Virus record (IMG/VR): IMGVR_UViG_2739367553_000005
Coordinates: 21,071-85,070 of that record
Source of the DNA: a virus
Lineage: Duplodnaviria > Caudoviricetes
DNA: 64,000 bases
Direction: 5' to 3' (one strand)
Shown here: positions 54,712-64,000 of the stretch, piece after piece
Layout: the number at the start of each line of letters is the position of its first letter
Numbering within the stretch: position 1 is the stretch's first letter
The notes under the pieces: model-generated
Seen by the model: only the letters and a program-made list of their open reading frames with translations
What the model was told of the DNA's origin: nothing
The model's database searches: none
Position numbers and translations under genes: made by a program

Positions 54712-56715
54712 TTATGCAACCTCAACCATCAACTCTTTGTTATCTGCCCTGCTCATGACAATCAACTGGCTCTCACATACTGGCAGCCGCCACGGGTCAA
54801 GGCTTTCACCATCATCAAGAATTACCGGGCACTGAATGCCTACAATCTTCTGAATAGTCAGTGCGATAATCATCATAGCTTCTATTTTCCTGCCATGGTT
54901 CGCCGTATTGTCGTGGATTTCAAAGCCATCAATTCTTGGAACGCAGTAATCCTTTTTATAGCCACCATTCTTAGCAAAGGCAAATAAATCCCATGTTACT
55001 CTGCCGCCAAAGTGGCTGTTAATTGAATCGACCAGAAGTTCATTCTTTCTCTGATCCAGCTGATCCAACAAGTCAAGGATTTTCTCACAATCAGCTTTTG
55101 ACTGTTCTTTCTGCAGCTGCTCATTACGAAGAAAAGATAATCGTTCTTCCAGTTCGACATTCTTAGCTGTTCTGGAAATCTTCTCTTTAACAGAATCCAA
55201 TTCAGCCTGTAACTCGGCTTTCTGTAACCGTAGTGTAGCTCGATAATCCGCTCCAGTATTTGCAGATCTTAGAGCTTCTTCCTTTTTAAGAATCTCTTGG
55301 CAAAGGGCTTCATATTCCTGATTATCTGATAAATCAACCTGCCCTGGAAGAGCGTTTAATTCATCCATTGCCTTATTCTTTGCGCCATTAGCTACAACTT
55401 TCTGCTCATTGGAAAACTTAATACGTTTCTCGATCTCTGGGAGTTCTTTTATCTCCAACTGTTCAATTTCCGTTTTAAGTGTACGTCCCTTTTCAGATAT
55501 TGTAGTCAGTAGATCCACTCTCTGCTGTTCCCACTCTTTTTTGTCATTTTCATACTTAGCAAGGTGTTTCTGGCTGTTTACTTCATATTGCTCTTGTTTT
55601 TGAATCTTTATATCTTCTGGTAAATCCTGTCCGCAGGTTGGGCAGACAAATACAGCCGATCCCAACATTGGAAGTGGCACATACTGAGGGAATACTCTTT
55701 TCGATGTGTTAGTGTATTCTTCCAATAAACTGGCTTTATGTTCTTTTTTTCGCTCAATAGATTCCAGCACTCTCTGCTTATCCATTTCAGCCATAGAAGA
55801 ATTATTCATAGCCTGACGAAATTGAATTTCTGCTTCATCAATGCGTTTCTGAATTTCTCTCTTCTGTTCAACCAATGTTGCATTGGCAGCCTGTTCAATG
55901 CCGGAACGTTTAAATTGGAGATCCATAATATCTTTGGACATGGAATCAAACTGTTTTGACTGCGCAAGTGAATCTTCTTCCTGCTTCTCAATGCCTGCAA
56001 TCTGGCGCTGCATCTCGTTTTTCTGTAATTCCAGTTCAGCCGTATCTACATCCTTAACAATCTGACGATTAACCTCGTCTATACGCCCAGGATAACCAGC
56101 AATCTCTTTATTCAGCTTTGTAACGCTCGCTTTATTCATGGAAGAGATCTCTTCGACATCATACTTCTCGAGTAAAGGTACCAGTTCTGCGAATTCCGGA
56201 TATTTTGAAACGATATCATTTATGGTAATATCCTGCGGTAGCTTAAAAAGGAAATCTCTCATATCTTTAGGTTTCTTTGCCAGAAATGCCCCGATGTTCA
56301 TACACATCAGCAAGTCATCAAAATCAAAGTCAAAGTAGGCAATAAAGTCTTTAAGATTCTTCTCCACACCATTGATGGAATATGTATTGTCATCAGAATA
56401 GCTGCTATCCTTTTTAATGGTTCGTTTCTGGACTTTTTTTGCAATGATTTCTTTCCCATCAACCATCATTGTTATTTCACCAACCACCGGAACATCTGCC
56501 ACAGGAACCTTATCAACTTCCCGGCGTACCTTTGGGTTACTGGTCAAATCATTGCCTACTCCATGAAGCACCCACATGAGCAATTCTGCAGTGGTTGATT
56601 TACCCAAACCATTTGCACCTTTAATATGGGTAATCTTGTTCCCAAACTGAACATCAAAGTTTTTAAATCCTTTGAAGTTTTCGCAGTGCGCGCTAACCAA
56701 CTTTACTATATGCAT
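54712..56715 (-). CDS. SMC/Rad50-like AAA ATPase with long coiled coil
   Basis: ENFKGF, GANGLGKST, CPTCGQ hook, PVILDDGES. Confidence 0.88.
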   Translation of the reverse strand: MHIVKLVSAHCENFKGFKNFDVQFGNKITHIKGANGLGKSTTAELLMWVLHGVGNDLTSNPKVRREVDKVPVADVPVVGEITMMVDGKEIIAKKVQKRTIKKDSSYSDDNTYSINGVEKNLKDFIAYFDFDFDDLLMCMNIGAFLAKKPKDMRDFLFKLPQDITINDIVSKYPEFAELVPLLEKYDVEEISSMNKASVTKLNKEIAGYPGRIDEVNRQIVKDVDTAELELQKNEMQRQIAGIEKQEEDSLAQSKQFDSMSKDIMDLQFKRSGIEQAANATLVEQKREIQKRIDEAEIQFRQAMNNSSMAEMDKQRVLESIERKKEHKASLLEEYTNTSKRVFPQYVPLPMLGSAVFVCPTCGQDLPEDIKIQKQEQYEVNSQKHLAKYENDKKEWEQQRVDLLTTISEKGRTLKTEIEQLEIKELPEIEKRIKFSNEQKVVANGAKNKAMDELNALPGQVDLSDNQEYEALCQEILKKEEALRSANTGADYRATLRLQKAELQAELDSVKEKISRTAKNVELEERLSFLRNEQLQKEQSKADCEKILDLLDQLDQRKNELLVDSINSHFGGRVTWDLFAFAKNGGYKKDYCVPRIDGFEIHDNTANHGRKIEAMMIIALTIQKIVGIQCPVILDDGESLDPWRLPVCESQLIVMSRADNKELMVEVA

Positions 56716-57163
56716 CAGAATTTACCTCCCTTAAGTTTTTAATGAATTTTTGTATAGCCTGAAACATATCATTTTCTAAATCTTTATATGGATCCCGTTT
56801 ACTTAAATCAGCTTTAGAATCATTTCCTGACGGCTCAACACAATGTTCCTCTTCCTGTTTCAGACGATAATAAAGTAGGTGTAACAGGTTAGAATTAGTC
56901 ACATTATCAACAGATAAATATTTTTCTACCATTGAACGGTTGCCCTTTGTTACAACTATTCTGAATGCATGACGTATGGCCCTCTCAACACCAGCGTTGG
57001 TTGTGTTGTATTTTTTTGCGATCTTTTCATATAGAGCCATAATTTTAATATCATGAGATCCTGTTTCAAATAATCCCACGATTTCAGCTATGTATTCAAT
57101 ACCGATTACAGAAGCTGGCATACCCATATTAATCAGTACATCTTTTGCCCTGTCTTTAATCAT
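56693..57163 (-). CDS. Spo0A C-terminal DNA-binding domain protein (no receiver domain)
   Basis: LINMGMPASVIGIEYI...LYEKIAKKYNTTNAGVERAIRHAF...TNSNLL. Confidence 0.8.
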   Translation of the reverse strand: MIKDRAKDVLINMGMPASVIGIEYIAEIVGLFETGSHDIKIMALYEKIAKKYNTTNAGVERAIRHAFRIVVTKGNRSMVEKYLSVDNVTNSNLLHLLYYRLKQEEEHCVEPSGNDSKADLSKRDPYKDLENDMFQAIQKFIKNLREVNSDAYSKVG

Positions 57164-57786
57164 TTGTCATATACCTCCAACTTGGAAACAGAAACTTCAT
57201 ATGCTCTGCGATACTCTATCTGCGTTTCGGACATCTTCTTCTCATAATTCCGGCTCTGAATTCTTCCAAATATTTCCATCCTACAACCGACAGAAAGCCC
57301 CATAGCATATCTTGCGTTTCTCCCCCATACAATACAGGGAATATAATCTGATTTTCCATATGGGCGGTTCACAGCAAGAAGCAGATCAGCAATCTCACGT
57401 CCAAGCGGAGTCTTTCTATATACCGGCGGCTTGCACAGATACCCATTCAGCGTAATAGAATTCGTTTTGGTATAGTCTGTAAATTTCTGGTCCATTAAGA
57501 ATATTTCCTTAACGAATACAGAAAGAATAAGCCTTTTTTTATCTCCACCGCACTGGTTAAATGAACGAAACTGTCCAACAACTTCTACCGTGTTGCCCAT
57601 GGAGATCCCGTCCGTATTTATCAGCCGTTCTGAGATGATAAGTGGAATAATGTCCACCTGCTCGCTAAGCCGTGTTACAGCCAAATCTACTGAGTAAAAT
57701 CCCTCGCCAAATACCTCATGGTTAAAAGTAAAACCGGAAACTATTTCTCCGATTAAAGTAACTGTATTGTTCTGCAGTGCATCCAT
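57160..57786 (-). CDS. Tandem-OB single-stranded DNA-binding protein
   Basis: NNTVTLIGEI...FNHEVFGEGFY; RKTPLGREIADLLLAVNRPYGKSDYIPCIVWGRNA. Confidence 0.85.
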   Translation of the reverse strand: MDALQNNTVTLIGEIVSGFTFNHEVFGEGFYSVDLAVTRLSEQVDIIPLIISERLINTDGISMGNTVEVVGQFRSFNQCGGDKKRLILSVFVKEIFLMDQKFTDYTKTNSITLNGYLCKPPVYRKTPLGREIADLLLAVNRPYGKSDYIPCIVWGRNARYAMGLSVGCRMEIFGRIQSRNYEKKMSETQIEYRRAYEVSVSKLEVYDK

Positions 57787-57798
57787 AGTGTTTTCCTC

Positions 57799-58071
57799 CT
57801 ATTTAAGCTGTAATTTTTCAGCAACCATTGTATAAATCATTTCAAGAGTTTCTCTCTGTGCAATCTTACATTTGGGCGATGTTGCTATCACCACTTTGAG
57901 AAGTAAAAAAACACATCCGGCAATAACGCCTGTGACTGTACCGTTAATTTCAGTTGTGATTTCGCCATTCTTCCCTGGCTGTTTCTTAAAAGATAAATTT
58001 ACAGGCTCGATCTTTGCCTGCTCTGTTTCGGGTAAAGATGCTAATAAAATAGCTTTTAATAATTCTTCCAT
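57799..58071 (-). CDS. Hypothetical protein
   Basis: GGAGG RBS; 90 aa. Confidence 0.6.
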   Translation of the reverse strand: MEELLKAILLASLPETEQAKIEPVNLSFKKQPGKNGEITTEINGTVTGVIAGCVFLLLKVVIATSPKCKIAQRETLEMIYTMVAEKLQLK

Positions 58072-58113
58072 CTTGATTTCCTCCTGCGAATCCCTTATAC
58101 TGGGATTGTAAAA

Positions 58114-58305
58114 TTATTTAGTATCAAATTGATTCCCTGGGAGGTGCGACTCCTGGGGTTTCTGTATTTCAGATAAATCAGCCATAGTAAGTCCTCTTAG
58201 AATGGCGTTTATCCAAAATTCTTTCATATTCCAGTCAACCTGAACTGGTCCATGATCATCAATAGCTTGTAAGATAATTTCTGCTGTTTTACGCTTGTCC
58301 ACCAT
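58114..58305 (-). CDS. Hypothetical protein
   Basis: GAGG RBS; 63 aa. Confidence 0.55.
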   Translation of the reverse strand: MVDKRKTAEIILQAIDDHGPVQVDWNMKEFWINAILRGLTMADLSEIQKPQESHLPGNQFDTK

Positions 58306-58465
58306 TGTCTTTACCTCTCACTCCACATCGGCTGTGCCGATGATCAGGCCATCATTGATGCAAACCGGATACCAGTTGCCTAACATAACCTGCCTATCAA
58401 GTTCTAAAATCGGGACAGAGTTAATATCTTTATGTTCTGTTGCAGATAAATTCTTCATCTCTTAT

Positions 58466-58684
58466 TCACCTCCCTTCTATCTCTTCAACCGCTGAATCAA
58501 TTTCTTCTATACTTCTTCCAAGAAATTGTGCCAACTCTACGGCAAGTACTACAACATTAGCCTTACTACCATTTTTTTCATAAGAGCCTGGGAATTTTCC
58601 AGTTCGTACCTTTTCAATGAAAAATCCCCGGTCTACACCAACTATCTTTGCTGCCGTGGCAGTTCTAACACGATTCTTTTTCAA
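58466..58684 (-). CDS. Small HTH protein (excisionase-like)
   Basis: TATAAKIVGVDRGFFIEKVRTGKFPG. Confidence 0.6.
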   Translation of the reverse strand: MKKNRVRTATAAKIVGVDRGFFIEKVRTGKFPGSYEKNGSKANVVVLAVELAQFLGRSIEEIDSAVEEIEGR

Positions 58685-58783
58685 TGCTTTCTACCTCCGT
58701 TTTTATTGAGATTACTTATCTCCCCTTTTTAATTGACACGTTCTTAATACAGTGGTATATTATAGCTATTCGAACGTGTGTTC

Positions 58784-58993
58784 TTATGCAATTTTATCTT
58801 CTCTTTTGAAAAGATCTTCTAATGATAATTCCGGATCAAGTAATTCCCGAATTAATAGAACTTCCGACCAAGAAAAGTCTGTCATACCATTTAGCTTATT
58901 TCTGAGACTTTTTTCAGACATATTGGCTAAAGTTGCAAACCTTCCTATTGTATAGCCTCTTTTATCAATTTCATTTCTTAGCCGATAATACAT
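58784..58993 (-). CDS. Cro-like repressor
   Basis: TIGRFATLANMSEKSLRNKLNGMTDFSWSE; divergent from cI. Confidence 0.8.
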   Translation of the reverse strand: MYYRLRNEIDKRGYTIGRFATLANMSEKSLRNKLNGMTDFSWSEVLLIRELLDPELSLEDLFKREDKIA

Positions 58994-59005
58994 ATCATCG
59001 CCTCC

Positions 59006-59140
59006 TTTACCGTTGACGGTTATTTATGTTGTAAGTATATATCCTTTAACGGTAAAAGTCAACTGATATTTTAGATTATTTTACCGTTAATGGAAAATTG
59101 TTATTGACATTTTATATACTAAGCGGTAAAATATTACCGT
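59006..59140. promoter_or_regulatory. cI/cro intergenic operators (TTACCGTT...ACGGTAA-type half-sites) and divergent promoters
   Basis: tttaccgttgacggtta, tttaacggtaaa, tttaccgttaatggaaa, aagcggtaaa, ttaccgt; TTGACA at ~59104. Confidence 0.65.
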
Positions 59141-59157
59141 AGTAGGAGGTGAGAAAA

Positions 59158-59472
59158 ATGGGATTAGAAAGAATAAATGAATACAAAAAGAAATTAGGCA
59201 TGACTACAGAAGATTTATCGGAGAAGTCAGGTGTTCCTATCGGCACTTTGAATAAAATTTTAAGCGGAGCTACAAAAGATCCTAAATTAGAAACATTAAA
59301 AGCTATAGCTCGCGTATTAGGGTTGTCATTAGATGATTTTGATGATAGCAGTCGTAAAGCTATTTATGAACCTACATATGATGACATTCAAAGTCTCATT
59401 GCCAGAAACGGTAAGAAACTCACGCTCGAACAAAAACAGGACATTATTAGAACTCTTCTGTCCGATGACTAA
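59158..59472 (+). CDS. CI-like immunity repressor (HTH_3)
   Basis: MTTEDLSEKSGVPIGTLNKILSGATKDPKLETLKAIARVLG. Confidence 0.9.
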   Translation: MGLERINEYKKKLGMTTEDLSEKSGVPIGTLNKILSGATKDPKLETLKAIARVLGLSLDDFDDSSRKAIYEPTYDDIQSLIARNGKKLTLEQKQDIIRTLLSDD

Positions 59473-59483
59473 GGAGAAATTTT

Positions 59484-60140
59484 TTGTTGGAGCAAAACGG
59501 AATAATCGAGAAAACATTAGAAGTATTTAAAAAATGTGAGGTAAAAACTTTCCCTATTGACTGTATTAAAATAATCACTGGCCTTGATATACCATTATAT
59601 AAGTACTCGGATCTACCAGAGGCAAAGATCAATAAATGCCTCCAGGTTAGTGACGATGCTTTCACTCTTCAGGGCGTAATTTTTTACAATGATAAATTCC
59701 CTCATACAGAACGCCAACGATTTTCATTGATGCATGAAGTTGGTCATATTATACTTAATCATGAAGGGGAGTCTTCTGATAATGAAAAAGAGGCAGATCT
59801 ATTTGCAAGTAATATATTGGCTCCCAGATCCGTCATTTGGCATTTACATTTTAATTCAGTAAAAGATATTTGTGAGACTTTTGATGTGTCATGCATGGCA
59901 GCAAACCGAATATTAGCAGACTATAAGATATTCCCCTTGTGGGAACATAAAAACTTACATAAAAATATACGCGATTGGTTTTTTCCATACACTCACGCAA
60001 CTACCAAAAATACAACGAAAAAAGAATCAGATTATTATGATAACGACTCTGACTTTCTAAATGTTCACCGTTTCGTTGTAGGGGAAGAATACATTTTTAG
60101 TAATACAGAATATTATCATTTACATGGGTCAGTATTTTAA
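59484..60140 (+). CDS. ImmA/IrrE family metallopeptidase
   Basis: RQRFSLMHEVGHI...EKEADLFASNILAP. Confidence 0.88.
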   Translation: MLEQNGIIEKTLEVFKKCEVKTFPIDCIKIITGLDIPLYKYSDLPEAKINKCLQVSDDAFTLQGVIFYNDKFPHTERQRFSLMHEVGHIILNHEGESSDNEKEADLFASNILAPRSVIWHLHFNSVKDICETFDVSCMAANRILADYKIFPLWEHKNLHKNIRDWFFPYTHATTKNTTKKESDYYDNDSDFLNVHRFVVGEEYIFSNTEYYHLHGSVF

Positions 60141-60368
60141 TATATGGGGTACTAATATGATCTCTACAAAAAAAGCCACTACGATTATCTGTGAAAAGGA
60201 TAAAGATAAACGGAATGAGCTGATAGACAAGCTTTCAGATGAAGATGCAAAATATTTACTAAAACAATATTTAACTGTTATTCATGGGGATCCTTAATTT
60301 GATTTCAAAATAGAATTAAAATAGCCTATAGGCTTTTTAATATAAATCTAAAGAAAAGAGGGAATGGG

Positions 60369-60896
60369 ATGAAAAAGTTTAAATTGTTAATTGCTACTGC
60401 TATGATGTCTATAGTGTTGAGCTTCGCTTCTTTTGCTGGACAATGGCAGTCAGATTCCAACGGATGGTGGTATCAGAACGATGATGGTACATATCCAGTT
60501 AATGCTTGGCAATGGATTGACGGGGATGCAGATGGTGTTTTAGAATGTTACTATTTCAATGAAAAAGGCTACTGCCTTACTAATACGACTACACCTGATG
60601 GTAAAACCGTAAATTCAAACGGTGCACTGATTATTTCCGGCATTGTTCAAACACAGACTATACAGAACACCTCAACCGCAAAAAGCGGGAGCTCTGGTAA
60701 ATCAGGGGCTACCCAACCAACACAAACTGCTTCTAAGGAAACCACTTCTAATAATAAGGAACGAATGGTATGGGTATCAAGAACAGGGACAAAATACCAT
60801 TCTGATTCTAATTGCAGTAATATGAAAAATCCATCTCATATGACACAATCGGAAGCTGAGTCACTCGGTAGAACTCCCTGTTCGAAATGCTATTAA
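60369..60896 (+). CDS. Secreted cell-wall-binding repeat protein with C-terminal Cys/His metal-binding domain
   Basis: Signal peptide; GWWYQNDDG, YYFNEKGY; GTKYHSDSNC...PCSKC. Confidence 0.8.
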   Translation: MKKFKLLIATAMMSIVLSFASFAGQWQSDSNGWWYQNDDGTYPVNAWQWIDGDADGVLECYYFNEKGYCLTNTTTPDGKTVNSNGALIISGIVQTQTIQNTSTAKSGSSGKSGATQPTQTASKETTSNNKERMVWVSRTGTKYHSDSNCSNMKNPSHMTQSEAESLGRTPCSKCY

Positions 60897-61062
60897 TTAA
60901 ATTACAAAACCGCCCGGTGCTACCAACACCGAACGGCTTCACATAGATTATACCGACAGTGCCGATACATACTATTCTTCAAATACATTGTATCACCCTG
61001 GCACTAAACTGTAAACCGGTATAGTGTTATTTTTATACTCTTTTTCAGGAAAGGATGATTTT

Positions 61063-62325
61063 ATGTCGTTAGTAAAATGTCCAGAATGCCAAGGACAAAT
61101 AAGCACACAGGCAACTACATGCCCTCACTGTGGGTACCCAATTCTCCCAGTTGAAAATAATAAAAGCAAACGAGGCAGACCAAAGAAATCAGATCAACAA
61201 TCATTAATGCGTTTACCCAACGGCTATGGTACCATAAAAGCATTACCAGGTAATCGCCGTCGACCCTTTGCAGCAATGGTCAATCCTAAACTTACACTTA
61301 ATGAAGATACTGGGAAAAGCTATTATACATATGATTTTCTAGGATCTTTTCCGGAAAAGATAGATGCTTATAAAGCAATTTTAAGCTATCAGGAGAATCC
61401 ATATGATTTGAAAAATGACCTGACTATCAAAGAATTATACGATGTATGGTTACCCAAATACATAGATGATAATAACTTAGATGATAATAGGCGTAAAGCC
61501 TATGATGCAATTTTCAAATATTGCGAGCCAGTTTATGATATTAAAGTTACAAATTTCATGCCAGCTATGATTGAAGATCTTATAAAGAATGCGTACAAAA
61601 CTGGAGATAGGGGAAATGAAGCAGGTAAAAGAATAGCTGCTACTTCCACAGTAAAAAGCAACATGAAGATATTATTTAATCTTCTTTTTGATTACGCTGT
61701 CTTTCTCCGGATAGTATCCGATAACTACGCACGTACCTTTACAATAAACACCAGTAAGGAATCTAAGCAAACGTCAAGAGTAGGACGGCCATACACCAAT
61801 GAGGAGTTAGCAATTCTATGGGATAATATTGGAGATATTTTTATTGACATGACAATAGTTCAATGCTACTCTGGTTGGCGTCCGGGTGAAGTTATAACTC
61901 TCTCTGTAAATAATATCGATCTGAAAAACAGAACATATACTGGTGGAATTAAAACTGAAAATGGAATTAATAGAATAGTCCCGATCCACCCAAAAGTTTT
62001 ACCTATAATACAGAAGTACTATAATGAAGCCAATGATGTAGGACGTCCTATGCTGTTTGGACGTACAAAACAATTTCATGGTTCTTATAGATATATTGAA
62101 AATTCCTTTAGACATTCGTTGTTGAAAAAAGAAGAAGAACTCGGAATCTCGGGACATGTATTACACGATGGCAGACATACCTTCTCAACAATGGCAAAGA
62201 AATATGGAATTAATGAATTTGCAAGGAAAAAAATTATGGGTCATGCCATTAAAGATTTAACTGATAGGGTTTATACTCACATGGATATTGAATGGTTCCG
62301 AAATGAAATTGAGAAGATTTTATAG
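61063..62325 (+). CDS. int: Prophage tyrosine integrase with N-terminal Zn ribbon
   Basis: CPEC...CPHC; YSGWRPGE, HDGRHTF, IMGH, TDRVYTH. Confidence 0.92.
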   Translation: MSLVKCPECQGQISTQATTCPHCGYPILPVENNKSKRGRPKKSDQQSLMRLPNGYGTIKALPGNRRRPFAAMVNPKLTLNEDTGKSYYTYDFLGSFPEKIDAYKAILSYQENPYDLKNDLTIKELYDVWLPKYIDDNNLDDNRRKAYDAIFKYCEPVYDIKVTNFMPAMIEDLIKNAYKTGDRGNEAGKRIAATSTVKSNMKILFNLLFDYAVFLRIVSDNYARTFTINTSKESKQTSRVGRPYTNEELAILWDNIGDIFIDMTIVQCYSGWRPGEVITLSVNNIDLKNRTYTGGIKTENGINRIVPIHPKVLPIIQKYYNEANDVGRPMLFGRTKQFHGSYRYIENSFRHSLLKKEEELGISGHVLHDGRHTFSTMAKKYGINEFARKKIMGHAIKDLTDRVYTHMDIEWFRNEIEKIL

Positions 62326-62368
62326 TGTTGTATATCTTGTTGTATAGTGTTGTATAGTTTGTTGCATA
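62326..62368 (+). repeat. Four 9-bp direct repeats TGTTG(T/C)ATA, putative integrase arm sites at the prophage right end
   Basis: Copies at 62326, 62338, 62348 and 62360, immediately after the int stop. Confidence 0.6.
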
Positions 62369-62782
62369 GTACGTTACTACCAGTGTAATTATAGGTTGTT
62401 TTTGATTAATATTTATTCATTTATAATCAGCTAATATTCATATATCAGCTATAATCGCTTATAAAATACCATCGTTATTCATTCACAGTTTTTTCACAAG
62501 CCGTACAAAAATTATTTACATCTTCTACAAACTTACTTCACATCTCTCCTATATACTAAGTTATAGAAACAAGAACTACTCCAAACTTGTTTTATAAAAC
62601 TTTTTTTCATAACTCGCCGGTGAAACCCACATTTCACCGGCTCCTCCCTTTTTATCCTCTTTTTTCCATTTCCATTCCTTTCCAATTCCCTTATATCCTT
62701 TAAATTGGGTTGCAAAGATGTAGTTTCTATTATAGAATAGGAAACGTGCACCTGGCATATGCAGATTTGGAGGAAATTATAC

Positions 62783-64000
62783 ATGAAGAAAAATGTAATC
62801 GTAGGACAATCCGGCGGACCAACCGCTGTGATTAATGCAAGCCTTTACGGCGTTATAATAGAAGGAATGGCTCACGAAGAGATCGGCCGGGTTTACGGCA
62901 TGATCAATGGCATAGAAGGCTTCATGTCCGGGAATTATATGGATCTGACCAATGATTTAACACAGGAGGAACTGAAACTGCTGAAACTGACACCAGCGGC
63001 ATACCTTGGCTCCTGCCGTTATAAACTGCCCGATGATTTGTCATCACCATTCTACCCTGCACTGTTTGAAAAATTCCGTGCAATGGAAATCGGTTATTTC
63101 TTTTATATTGGCGGTAATGATTCCATGGATACCGTAAGCAAGCTTTCCCGGTACGCTTCTCATCACAAAAGCAGCATCAAATTTATCGGTATTCCTAAGA
63201 CCATTGATAATGATCTGATTCATACCGATCACACTCCAGGATTTGGAAGTGCTGCAAAATATGTGGCTGACACGGTACGGGAAATTGTTTTGGATTCCTG
63301 TGTTTATCAGCAAAAGTCTGTGACGATTGTTGAACTCATGGGGCGCCATGCAGGCTGGCTCACCGCTGCCAGTTCACTCGCAAGAAAATTTGAAGGAGAT
63401 AATCCTGTCCTGATTTATCTTCCGGAAGCTGCCTTTGAATTTGAACAATTTGCAGCAGATGTAGAAAAGGCTTTGTCTAAAAAAAGTTCCGTGATTGTCT
63501 GCATCTCTGAAGGAATTTCTGATGCAAATGGAAAATTTATTTGTGAGTACGCAGACGAAGTCCGAACCGATACATTTGGCCACAAGATGCTGACCGGAAG
63601 CGGTAAAATGTTAGAGAATTTTGTCCGCAATCGCTTTGGGGTAAAGGTTCGCTCCATTGAGCTTAACGTAAATCAGCGCTGCAGCGGCATGCTTGCATCG
63701 GCTACTGATATCGAAGAGGCGGTCGCAGCCGGCAGGGAAGGAATTAAAGCTTCCCTTAACGGAGCCACAGGTATTATGATCGCTTTCAAGCGTATCTCTG
63801 ATTCCCCTTATCAGATCCAATGCGTTACGGTTGATGTAAATGAAGTATGCAACAAAGAAAAGCTATTCCCTTCCCATTGGATCTGCGATCATGGTACCAA
63901 TGTTACAGAAGATTTTCTTACCTATGCCCTGCCTTTAATTCAGGGTGAGCCAGACAGGGTCATAAAGGATGGAAGACCCCTCTACCTGTACCGGTCTTAA
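62783..64000 (+). CDS. pfkA: Host 6-phosphofructokinase (PfkA family)
   Basis: GQSGGPTAVINAS, IGGNDSMDT, IPKTIDNDL, ELMGRHAGW; GGAGG RBS. Confidence 0.93.
   Translation: MKKNVIVGQSGGPTAVINASLYGVIIEGMAHEEIGRVYGMINGIEGFMSGNYMDLTNDLTQEELKLLKLTPAAYLGSCRYKLPDDLSSPFYPALFEKFRAMEIGYFFYIGGNDSMDTVSKLSRYASHHKSSIKFIGIPKTIDNDLIHTDHTPGFGSAAKYVADTVREIVLDSCVYQQKSVTIVELMGRHAGWLTAASSLARKFEGDNPVLIYLPEAAFEFEQFAADVEKALSKKSSVIVCISEGISDANGKFICEYADEVRTDTFGHKMLTGSGKMLENFVRNRFGVKVRSIELNVNQRCSGMLASATDIEEAVAAGREGIKASLNGATGIMIAFKRISDSPYQIQCVTVDVNEVCNKEKLFPSHWICDHGTNVTEDFLTYALPLIQGEPDRVIKDGRPLYLYRS

Larger units (their letters stand above)
1..62370 (-). mobile_element. Temperate prophage, probably defective; left end lies outside the window
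   Basis: Canonical order from right to left: integrase, ImmA, cI/cro, recombination, replication, terminase, tail, lysis; abuts a housekeeping pfk gene. Confidence 0.95.

Noticed and set aside
1-64000. IS elements, rRNA, reverse transcriptase or cas genes
   Set aside because: No transposase, RT, cas or rRNA signatures were recognised in the ORF track or sequence.

Overview
The window is almost entirely one temperate prophage, probably in a Lachnospiraceae/Clostridium cluster XIVa-type host (inferred from gene content). Its right end is a tyrosine integrase (61063-62325) with putative att-arm repeats, next to a host 6-phosphofructokinase gene (62783-64000). Reading leftwards on the minus strand come immunity, recombination and replication genes, four orphan DNA methyltransferases, terminase, distal tail and fibre genes, and the start of the lysis cassette. 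No portal, capsid, tail-tube or tape-measure gene is recognisable between terminase and tail tip; an AT-rich ShosTA-like plus FRG cassette sits there instead. Main unexplained structures: (1) A tail-fibre C-terminus switch flanked by a perfect 15-bp inverted repeat (5281-5910), whose core recurs in three ~50-bp direct repeats (2461, 3355, 5243) that bracket cargo genes including an Abi-alpha-family gene. This suggests a combined shufflon and cassette array with no adjacent recombinase. (2) A small plus-strand operon (28243-30122) punctuated by one hammerhead and two twister ribozymes, behind an array of eight 16-bp operator-like repeats. (3) A cytosine methyltransferase with an overlapping alternative-frame ORF resembling the M.EcoHK31I beta subunit. 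(4) Many candidate defence morons: a DUF4365 pair, an AbiJ-NTD/kinase fusion, an HNH pair, a PD-(D/E)XK nuclease and DUF4160/DUF2442. (5) Sporulation-like regulators: a sigmaE/K-like factor and a Spo0A C-terminal domain protein. All protein family calls come from motif recognition by eye, not database searches.
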